Positions 1 through 10,300 of a stretch of DNA of 64,000 nt are shown here, one piece after another. Source of the DNA: Balanoglossus misakiensis. Lineage: Eukaryota > Animalia > Hemichordata. The stretch is taken from contig CM082579.2 in NCBI GenBank assembly GCA_040954595.2, positions 7,429,625 to 7,493,624 on the forward strand, read 5' to 3'. The position numbers and the translations under genes were made by a program. Position 1 is the stretch's first letter, and every line of letters starts with the position of its first letter. The notes under the pieces are model-generated. The model had not been told where the DNA came from. It worked only from the letters and a program-made list of their open reading frames with translations, and did not search any database.

Positions 1-98
1 ATTATAGCACAATAAAAACCAAACGTGTTCAATATAAGGCCACCTATTATATAGAAGTCAATAACTAATTAATAAATACACATCTATGTGTATAATTA
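1..98 (+). repeat. Diverged duplicate of 5205-5291 (FGF 3' end block with AATAAA)
   Basis: attatagcacaataaaaaccaaacgtgttcaatataaggccacctatta...gaagtcaataactaatt...tacacatctatgtgta aligns with 5205-5291 with a few substitutions and small indels. AATAAA lies at 11-16 and at 5215-5220. Confidence 0.9.
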
Positions 99-281
99 CA
101 CAGTTTGGTGCGGGGACCACGCGAACTTTGCGACCGGTCGATGCTCTTGTCGTGGTCTTACTTCGAGTTGAAGGGTCTTTTTGGCGACGGGTCTAGGCTC
201 TATACCCAAATCTAGCAGCTGTTGTTCCGGGAAATTGCGGCTGAGGAGCGTGCACTGCAGCACACAATCAAAAATCTCAAG

Positions 282-324
282 TAACCGTGAGTGATGGATT
301 GTGGGATTGTCGGTACTCTTATAT
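282..324 (+). promoter_or_regulatory. Candidate type-3 Pol III promoter (PSE-like element + TATA)
   Basis: TAACCGTGAGTG at 282-293 and TTATAT at 319-324. The ACCGT-to-TATA spacing is close to that of the vertebrate U6 promoter, and the ACCGT core is shared with the PSE of the neighbouring U1 gene. Confidence 0.5.
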
Positions 325-345
325 GGTTGAGGGCGCCCCTCTTGA

Positions 346-426
346 GGGTAACATTATTCACAGTTGTTAAAAATGTTCCCTACGTTCCTGTATAGTTTGT
401 CTCCCGCAAATAATGAATGCCCTTTT
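346..426 (+). ncRNA. Candidate small Pol III RNA (Y RNA/stem-bulge-like architecture, family unassigned)
   Basis: Starts with G at the position predicted by the PSE/TATA spacing. GGGUA(346-350) pairs with UGCCC(418-422), and CAUUAUU(352-358) pairs with AAUAAUG(409-415), around a 1x2 A internal loop. TTTT follows at 423-426. Confidence 0.45.
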
Positions 427-1090
427 AACATCAAATCTTCACGTAGCCTGTGAACTGCTTTCGCGTGCGTGGAGGTCAGCGCCCCGACTCTCCAAACTGG
501 AGAATATACCCAAAAAAAATCAGTGCTATCCGATGGCTTTAAATTAAAGAAGCCATACATGTAGGCCTAAGCCAACGTCTCACACTCTACCAACCAAATA
601 AAATGAAAAAGTAAAAGAGGAAATTACCTGAACTTTCTGAACTGTGTGCGTTCTTGTTGCTACAGGCGTTGCTATTCGAAAACGTTCCTTTCATAAAACA
701 CAACACTGAACGAGAGATCCCAACCCGTATTTCAGTTCTTTGATCATAGTCGCGCGAAATACTGGCGTTACATTCAATCTTTCCCGTTTAAAGCTTACTT
801 GAAACAAGTGCCCCACAGATGATCACTCAATACTAAATTGAGAAACCGTAGAAGAACTCAGCCAAGTCGTTCCAGTAAACCATGTAAACGGCATTGTTGG
901 TTACTAAGAACAAGTTCCACTGGAGAACAAATGACGTCATGGTGAGAGGATGCGGTTCATACTTTTTCGAATTCTCATCGAAACGGCAAACAATAATCAC
1001 CGAAAATTATAACTTTTTAATAAATTAATAAGAGTTAAGGTTCATGAAGATTACGACTATAAATTTTAGTTCTATTCTTCATTTTGATAT

Positions 1091-1257
1091 CAGGGGATAG
1101 CGCGAACGCAGTCCCCCACTACCATAAATTATGCACTCGAGTCACCCACATTTGGGGTGATCGCAGACATATCAACCCGCGCGGTGTGCAATGCGCGGGC
1201 CTCATTCTGGGGGAACCACATTCGTGATCATGGTTAACCCCTGTGCCAGGTAAGTAT
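1091..1257 (-). ncRNA. RNU1: U1 spliceosomal snRNA
   Basis: Reverse complement starts ATACTTACCTGG and contains the SL1 loop GATCACGAA, the U1A loop ATTGCAC, the Sm site AATTTATGG and the terminal SL4 GGGGACTGCGTTCGCGCTATCCCC. Confidence 0.98.
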
Positions 1258-1300
1258 GCCCGATAAGAGTCGCCCCTGGCTTCTTGTAGTGCGAACATGC

Positions 1301-1320
1301 TCACTAGAACAACGGTGAGT
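1301..1320 (-). promoter_or_regulatory. snRNA proximal sequence element (PSE) of U1
   Basis: ACTCACCGTTGTTCTAGTGA, with TCACCGT at -61 to -55 from the U1 start. This matches the position and TCACCNT core of the vertebrate PSE; no TATA box, as expected for a Pol II snRNA gene. Confidence 0.7.
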
Positions 1321-2388
1321 CACACTTTATGACAACGTTGCTGCAACGTATTGAACGAGGAGGCGACCCATCAACAGGTGTTAATGGGTGCTATTGATAT
1401 TGAAATCATGACGTCAGTATGTGAAGTGCAAGCGACGTTTCCATCAATTATCAGCAAAGCAAGTTATAATTTCTCAAAAAAACTTCCTCATAAAATCCAT
1501 TATTTTAAGAAGGAAAATAAACACTTCGGGCACTACAAATTTTGATGACACGAGAATAAAATTCACTGGAATAACTTTTCATATATGTATGACTCTCTGA
1601 TTGACGTACAAATGCAGCTCTATGTGTTCGTACATTGTCCGATCCGCAATTCTAAACTTTCCACACCCTGAACATGCAATCCATGGACATACATGCACAT
1701 CGGCAGTAAACTTTTGCGGTAGCAGTTATGGCGACTTTGGCAAAAAATTTATATGATTAAAGTTCCCGAGGGTACGTCATTTTTACATATAGCGCGCTTC
1801 ATCATGCAGTGCTGGTCGTTACCATGCTGTGTGTAATATCACATATTCACTGATGACTTGTGTTCGGGGATAAGTTTGCACAGGTCACAAATACATTGAA
1901 ATACAGGGGATCTTGGGTCTGCCCAGTCATGGCCCACACAAATGCTCTTTGTATGGCCATGTAAACCGATTCTACACTTTCCTTTATGTGGGACTGCATG
2001 GTGTTTAAACCTGCATTGTTTGTGTTAAAATACTCCTCCCGGCTCCTGCTTTGGAAATACTATTGATGCAGCCACTCGATAATTTGATGTCATGCTTAGC
2101 ATCACACGACCCGAATGTCCCCTCTAATCCATGGACATTTGTACAACTGCATTTAGATTCTTCGCTCCCGAATTCTGCAGCATTTGTGAATGGGGCTTTA
2201 TGTGACAGACACGCCGATTTCTAAATGAACCAAAGTACGTATGCAGCATGCCTACGGTACCATGGCCCTTGCATTCATGACAACCAAAGGGCACCCGTGG
2301 GGTCCCCAGTCGGTGTGCAGACTATCACGTTCGTACCATGCAGATCGGGGAGCGGTGAAGTACCACACGGACATACCCTTGTACCGCT

Positions 2389-4869
2389 ATGACGGGCTTC
2401 AAGTCGACGGTTTCCGTCGTGGCCCTGCTGGTCGCTGCCTTATCTCTAGAAGCCGACTCTGCTGCCGTCAGCGGCACACGCGGCGGAGGAACGGATCACG
2501 GTGTTCGAAATGACACCGGTATTTTTCACCGCTATATCGGACCTATTTTCGGGGTGAACCGATATCGGCAGTTGTATTGCCGTTCCGGATATCATCTGCG
2601 AATATTCCCCAATGGCACAGTTGGAGGAAGCCCGGAAGACCACAACAGATATGGTAAGCTAGGGACGAGAAAATTGACATTGTCAGTAGAATGTCTGTCC
2701 ACAGAAACGAAAATAATAGAGCCATTTGCGGTTATACGATTTCTTGTTGTCATCACGACGTGACGTGGAGTTAGAGAAACTATCGTCTCGTCGAATATTT
2801 TTGACGGGATATTCTATTGCAGCATACAGCACCCAGCATTTATTCCAAGCTTCTTCAGTGCATTTATTTATATCCATACATAGTTGTGTGGAGTAATTCT
2901 GTACACTAAAATACTAAACAACAAAACAAAATCAAAGCAATCCAAAACCAACCACAAGATAATAAACACATTTCCCCTTTGACCGAAAACGGTGTTTATA
3001 CGTGTCATTCTAAATTTACAACTGGGACCATTAGCAACATTGGAATAACATTTCTCCATTTTTGCGACAGAATAGTGTCAAGTGTGTGTTTTATGTCTAA
3101 CATAAGCAAAAGCTTGAGACTGGAGTTTTTACTGCGTTAAAGGTGACATCTGACATTTTCTGAGGGGCCCTTGTTACTTCAACGCAGACGTAATCAGTGG
3201 TTGCCGAGCGATCGGGCAGCACACGCACCGAGTTGCATGACCCAAATTCCCTCTTGATTTCCCCTTCAGTTGCATACAATTAGACCATCTCAAAACGTGT
3301 AATTTCCCCGTCGATGAACCCCAATTAACGTAGATATTACTGTAAGTTGGCTAGTTTCAAAACGCTAAAAAAACTAAACCTTAATTCTGAACAGTTAATT
3401 ATAATTACTGAGCAAGTTTACAAAAACGTAAAGGTCGGGGGGGGGTACTGAATTCACTATCAGATGGTGACGACTTGGAGACCTGGGCTTGGCCGGTCGT
3501 CGCTTTGTGTCCTTGAGCAAGACACTTCTTAGTGTTTCTTTCTTACCCCGCAGAAATTGTGGGCAACACTGTGGTTGGTAGGATAAAAAATAAAAATACT
3601 CGTGCTACTAAACAAGTGGTTGCTGAGCAACTGGTCGCAATGTCCAAATTGTACGGCAACAGTAATAAATTGTCATAATACTATGATGATGAGTTGATGA
3701 CTGATGAAGAACTGAATATTCTGTCAAAAATGCAGCGAAAAGTTAACACTCACACACACACTAATTAAGGCTCTCCTCTGAACTTGATACCGACAGCTGT
3801 CTTAGAACTGATTTACAGCGAGGGACCCTTCATCGTGGTGATGAAGGGTGTCGAAAGTGGCCTATACCTCGCCATGAACGGGCAAGGCCAGCTGTATGCA
3901 TCGGTAAGTCCTGCTTGCCATGTGTCAAACAAATCTCATTGAGCTACTGTTCATTGCGAGCAGACCCAAAGTTTATACGTATTGGAAGTCTTTTGCCAGG
4001 ATTTCTGTTTTGTTTTGTCGTATAGCTAAGGTTGTCTTCTCATCTATTCGACATGCTTTTCTGCTGATCGGCATGTATGTGCTACTAGGTATCTGAAGAG
4101 TTTACTCGTCTTTACTTCGGATTGAACACACATTCTCGGATTCCAACCAAGTGACGTCAGATGCTATTGTAGAGGTTTGCTCGGGTCATTGGAGCATAGT
4201 GAACCACGGTCGCCTCCACATACTTGCACGAAATGGTTTCATTTAACCACACCCTATCTAAAGTTCAAACGACGCATATAGACACTGGACAGTTTGTCTT
4301 GTGAAAATACTAAGTACAACCCGAATTTTCAAAAGCTGATGAGACAAGCTGCTTTACACATCCCCTCTCCAAACAGGATAATGTTAATTGGGCGAATCCG
4401 TGGAAAATAGACTCCTCCTATAAAGACACACACGTAGCACAAGGATAATTTTCATGATTTCTGGTAAATGAAAAATTACGACACTGCTGTAAATCATCAT
4501 ATTCCTGGACTAATAGCGTCCGGTACGTAATCAACACGTGTACTGCTGTCCTAAACTCCCAACCTTTATCATCCCTTTCCTATATTTCCACAGACCGAAT
4601 TGAACGAAAGCTGCAGATTCATAGAAACAATGACGGACAGTTTGTTCACCACTTACGCGTCTGCTGAATACCCTACCCAGAGAAACAGCATGCCACTCAC
4701 GAGGAACAAGAATAAGAAGGATTTGTTTTGGTTCATAGTTTTGGACCGTAACGGCAAACCATCTTACATGGAACTGACCAAACCAAGGAAAAAGAGGGCG
4801 ATGTTTCTACCACGTCTGGTGGAAAGAAAGAAAGTTCCCTGGCTCAGTGTTAATCAAACAAATACTTAA
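2389..4869 (+). CDS. Secreted fibroblast growth factor, join(2389..2653,3797..3903,4594..4869), ~215 aa
   Basis: Hydrophobic signal peptide. FGF core motifs [50 protein letters not shown] and FLPR. Two GT-AG introns in the canonical FGF positions (phase 1, phase 0), with an in-frame join. Confidence 0.95.
3480..3600 (+). mobile_element. SINE relic (CORE-like domain) in FGF intron 1
   Basis: tgtgtccttgagcaagacactt resembles the conserved CORE-SINE motif and is followed by an A-rich stretch (aaaaaataaaaa). Boundaries are approximate. Confidence 0.4.
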
Positions 4870-5204
4870 ATAAGGGGAATTAGATTTAAGATTCGGTGAT
4901 TGAAATTTTAACTTCGCTTTTTCGTGCCTTTTGCCATGTATTTATCTTATGATAGTGTCTTGGGCCATCTGATAATACTAATAGAATCTCTTTACTTCTA
5001 CATAATTATGTGCGTAGCTGTGTATGTTCGTCCGTGACAAATGTATTTGCACATATGAGAAATCTTTCACAGATGCTTTCGCCGACTCGGACATTTTTGA
5101 GCGATACAATGACGCCATTCTTTACCATCAATATCAAGCCTTTATCATCATTCTGTAATTCTATAAGAAAGCAGAAGTTATTTCCAGGTAATTGCGCATT
5201 GGTC

Positions 5205-5291
5205 ATTATAGCACAATAAAAACCAATCGTGTTCAATGTAAGGCCACCTATTAGAAGTCAATAACTAATTATACACATCTATGTGTAATTA
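5205..5291 (+). repeat. FGF 3' end block with putative poly(A) signal, duplicated at 1-98
   Basis: Direct alignment with positions 1-98. AATAAA at 5215-5220 lies ~350 nt after the FGF stop codon. Confidence 0.85.
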
Positions 5292-5655
5292 ATGCCATAG
5301 TATGCAATTACGACAATTTCCTCTCCTTTTGTTATTAATTTGCTCAGATATTTTATTTTACATATTTTGGTGTCTACCAGAGCCAATTTTCTCACAGAAA
5401 AACAAGTGAAGAAAAATCTGACATTTTCTTTCAGGGTTAATACTGAAACCAAATCCAACAAACCAAATTTGGTTCCCGTCATTAATACTACTAATGGTTC
5501 ATTTGCACCAGGCATTCCATACTAATTTCGCCTCAAAATGAGTAATTGCGTTTTTGGAGATATCCAATTGCAAATACAGCATCCGTTTGCTGCCCATTTA
5601 AGAGTGTTGATGCGACCGTGCAAAGCACACCATTCTTCACACAAGATCAGGAAAG

Positions 5656-6389
5656 ATGAACTCCAAAGGGCTGGGAATCCTGCTGCTGCTGACGGTGTCG
5701 ATGACGCTGACTTCTGCTGCGTATTATGGCCGTAGAAATGTGAAAAGGCACGACGATAACGGTCTGGCGGGAAGAGTCGCGACGTTGGAAGCAACGGTGG
5801 CAGAACAAGGCCGGATGCTGACAGAACTGACAGCTTCGATGTCCAGCATACTTAGCAGTATCAGCAACGTCGAGGCAATGATAGAAGACGCGACCGAGAA
5901 AAACTTGGTGAGTGTTTAATATTGGCTCTTCAATTTTCCAGAGTGCTCCCAACATTTTTGGTGGATGGACTGCGATTTGGAAAATTCACGGGGAACTCTC
6001 GCTTGCTTTTTCAGCAATTACTTTCATTTCTGTCATATTTTACTTGCAAAGTTTGAAGCTTTCGCGATGACAGGCCGTCGATATACATGGTTCTTGGGAA
6101 CCTCAAACCTCCACGAACATTCAAAGAAACTACTTATTGCATAAGTGTCAATTGCTGATATGTCGACACCCCCTGATGTATTTTCTTCCATTTTATGGAG
6201 CTCCCACGTTGACTAAATGCTTTTTTCACGCTGGCTCAAAACTGTCGCCCAAAGGTACGCTGCGCATGGTCTTCATTTCCTAAAACACTGTCTCTGTCTC
6301 TGTTTTCTCCCCAGGAAATGGCTGATCAGCTGATGGCCCAATTGACACAAGTGATGTCTGTGTTCTTCTCAGCGCTTCCGGAGAAGTGA
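5656..6389 (+). CDS. Small secreted protein with dibasic sites and coiled coil, join(5656..5907,6315..6389), 108 aa
   Basis: Signal peptide MNSKGLGILLLLTVSMTLTSA. Donor TTG|gtgagt at 5908 and polypyrimidine acceptor ttttctccccag at 6314. The phase-0 join adds EMADQLMAQLTQVMSVFFSALPEK*. Heptad-like segment VATLEATVAEQGRMLTEL. Confidence 0.8.
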
Positions 6390-7349
6390 AGCAAAATAAA
6401 CAGAATTTCGGAACCACAGAAGAATATGCAATGTCATAGTTCGCAATAACTCCTAGTCCGAATTGTATACTCGACATTAAAACATACATGCATTTTAAAT
6501 CTGTACTGTTGTTTTTCGCGTATTCCTTTATAGTCACTTACAGTTTGTTGCAAATTGATTTTGGGACTTGTCCGGTAAACGAAGGGTGCAGCATGCCACC
6601 CAAAGCGCCTCAAGTGTCGGAAAACTGAGTAGACTTTTGTTTTTTTTCGACGTCAACTCATGCAAACATTTAAGCCTGACGCAATAGATCTCTGGGTTTG
6701 TAACCCGTCATGCTAACAATCCAGCTCTGTGCGGAGATGTCACACACGGACAGTTATGGAAAATATCATGAATGAACGACATCTCTTTCTAGTAACCTAA
6801 TCAAAACCTCCATAGTCTGTTTTATTTATGTATCTATTTATTCATGTGGTGAAGAACGATGTGGGTAATGAAGACGAAAGACCTGATACATTGAAGTAGA
6901 AACATGGAATCAAAATATTAAGTCAATATATCGCAAGTTTACAAAACAGACTACATGGTGTTTCATAAATAACAGCCACTGAAAATAAATAATATTAATA
7001 TTTAGAAGTTAGAATTGTGTTTTGTTTTGTTTCGCTTGATAATGCTACATTTAATTCTCAGTTCTGTCGCTGAAAGTGCTCTTCAGTCTCCTGTTCAATT
7101 TAATCAAACAAAATACAAATTGCCTGAGTGATTTAATAGTTGAAATTTGACGTTTTCTTGCCTCGGATCAAGTTAAACGACTCCGTCTTGTTGAAGTGTA
7201 TTTTCTATCTCTACCATTGCGACAAGTAGGCCAGGCATCACTGTCATCAAACTGTTTCAGATTAATTTTTACCGATTGGTAAAAGAAGCTTAAAGCATCC
7301 CAAGTACAATTGTTATTCTTCCTATATTCCAATCCATCATATAGGCTTA

Positions 7350-10300
7350 TCATCGATATTTTACGCCGATGAGACTTTCTTTGTACTTGTATACTCGCCG
7401 GTCGCCTTCCGACGGGGTGCGATCGAGCGGCCGGGCGTTTTCCACCAGCGCCATATACTTCCGCCGCAGTTCCAACTCTCGCTCGATCTGGTCGTTCAAA
7501 TCGCAGTAGTCGTCGTCGTCGTCTTCGTAGAAGCTCGACGCCTGCTCGTCCTCGTCTCGGCGGCAGCAAGCGGCGGCCGCGCAGCAGCTGAGCAGGCACC
7601 AGGCCACCCCGCCCCACACCAGTATCCACACCCACACGAACACCGTGCCGCTGACCCGGCGGTTGGCCGACGCCGCGTACGGCTGCCCGTGCCCGAACTG
7701 CTGCGGCGGCAGCCACGACTGCGGCCGCTGCTTGTCGCGGATCAGGTCGGTGTACTCCATGTCGCCGAACCACAGCTGCTTGCAGAATGTGCTCGCCCCG
7801 GGCTTCAGAACAAGCCTCTCCTCTCTGAAGTTGGCGAGGGCTCGATAGCGGTTCGGCAGTATGCACTGCTTTTTCACAAGCTGCAGCTCCTTCCTGAATT
7901 TCGCCAGATCCGCTTGGAAGTTTGGTCCGTAGTCGCTGATTTTATCCCACAGCGACTCGTTAAAATGTGCGTAAAGTTTGGCGTCTGCGCCGTTCCACTC
8001 TCTCGTCTTTTCCACCAAGTCATCGCTCATCCGATAGTGAAGCGTCCTCCCTCTAATCGAATTCGATAAGTATAAAATATCGTTCATTTTCCAACACAAA
8101 ATGTTTTTCAAGACGAGCAGTGATTCGTCAAAGTGTTCAGTGATCAGTACCACGTGGAACTCCTTGTCCAGATCCCTAATTTTCGCGTCCACAATGGAGT
8201 CGTTGTCGTGGAAACGGTGGTCCAGCCCCAAATCGAAGATTTGCCCATTCCTCATCTGCGTCCACAAGTTGAAGTCCCTCCGGGAGGACAGGTATCTTCC
8301 GGGATCCTCCATGAATTTCTCGAAGGGGTTGCGGTGATGCGAGATCCTCAGCTTCTCGGCCATTTTGTAAAAACCGAACGCCGACTCCAGCTGCGAGGAG
8401 GGCTCCCTCAGAATGGTGACGTAGACCGCCCCGGGGACGAGAGTCTCCATTTCCGGGCGGTAGTACCGCGCATGGTTGGTCAACATCCCGTAGCGTTTCG
8501 ATGGCAACAGCTTGACCATTCCCCTGTTGAAAGGCTGTGTCATGGAAAACGTGTGACCCGTGTGAGGAAGCGCGAAATTGATGTTGTTGACGTAGCCCCA
8601 TCGCTGTAATATAGAAGACAGTGTGGTGCTGGCGGTTTTGTGTGTCTTAATATAGACTATCCTCTCGACCGAGAAACACAAGGTCAGTAAAGGGCGTTTC
8701 CTTGAATTACCCGACGGCCCGACAAATATCAAATAGATCACGGTCACAGAACATAACATCAGGAAAACGAATTTCTTCCACGTTAACGAGCAACAACAGA
8801 AGCAACAGCGCCCCCTCAGTTTCTTGGCAGTAGAGGAGTCTGGAATGGAATCAGAGAGATGATTTTCAGTAGCGAAGGAAGCATTGTCAAGACAGAAAGG
8901 GAGCGTTCACTAACAATGAATGGGGATGGTAAGGGGAAGCCAGGGTACTTTGTCACGAAAGATGCGATGGTTCAAACTGTTCACCGTGAAGGATATCGCC
9001 CTTTTCCAACCTATACAGATCCATCGCGTCGATAGCATAATTGACAATGCGAAGAAAAAAAGAACTAGTCAGCCTGAGGTAGTTTAAAATCCATCACATT
9101 CCGCAACAAATATCTGTCGTTTTGATTTAAATCGCTATCAATTTCGTTCCAGTGAATCACGTGCACAATGAGGTTTTTTAATTTTATGTCACAAACACCT
9201 GAATGTATGCAGTTATAAACGTATGTAGTTCAAGGTCACGTCAAAGCCGACACAGATGCAATTTGAATAACCGCTTTGTTGAATCGAAGCCTACTTCATT
9301 TATATTCACTCCAACAAAAACAGCTTTAGTGGCAATCATCTAACAGATGAACAAGCGTAATGTTGGAGCGGTCAGCAGTCCGTTTGGCAGAGTCAAGAAA
9401 TTCGTCTAAATAAAATTGATTGGGATTTAAAGGCATGTATGTGGGTCTGTGACGTACGTTGCTATTATCGGATTCGCATATAATGTTAGGCTTGCTTTTT
9501 CAGTATAACTGTAGTGTTTCTAAAATCTGCCAGGTGGTGATTGTTGTCTACCGCCATTATCACACGCACGCATACTATAACACAATTACCGCTAACGGCA
9601 GAGACTTTGCATATTGCATGTATATGCGAACATCAACTTCTCATGACCGCGTTCGTTGCCGTCATCAACGCAGATTACGCCGCTAATAATCTGAAATCTC
9701 GCTCCATCATGCGTGGTAATACTGTGCAAAATCCATTTCGGCGGCGAGTGGAAACGCACCGATGCGTTTTGCCATGAGATTCACAAAATATTACACACAA
9801 TCCTCTCTGTCTGCGGAGTTAGTCGGACTGCAAAGTGAGTTAAAATGAATAATTTTCGACGGTTTCTATACTATTCTACACAATGCTCCAGCAAACGTAA
9901 TGCGACCTTTAGAAGTAAATTGGTGTAACTATGACGCAGTAATATTGCAATTTCCCAAATCCATTATTGTATACATAATATATTTTTCACATTTCTGTGC
10001 AAATTACTTTTCCCGAGCTATCCCCGGCCCAGCTACATGGCGAAAAACCTTCCCTGGGTAGTGTCATGGTTGTGACGCAGTGTGATAAAGCTGCGCAGTC
10101 TCAGGCAACTCATGGCTGCCTGCGGGAATTCCCCGCGGGAGATTATAAACGAACGAACGCACCCCAGGTCACATGTAAGGATGCGTTTATTTTTGACGGT
10201 GATCGCGTGTGCCTTTACGACATTTTTAATGGACGTCTAAAATGTTGACGTTAATGCGTCGGGTCGACCCGGAATAATGTCACGCGAAGAAAATGAAAAC

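Noticed and set aside
7168-8609. Several 60-230 aa overlapping or antisense ORFs
   Set aside because: Shadow frames of the GC-rich sulfotransferase exon.
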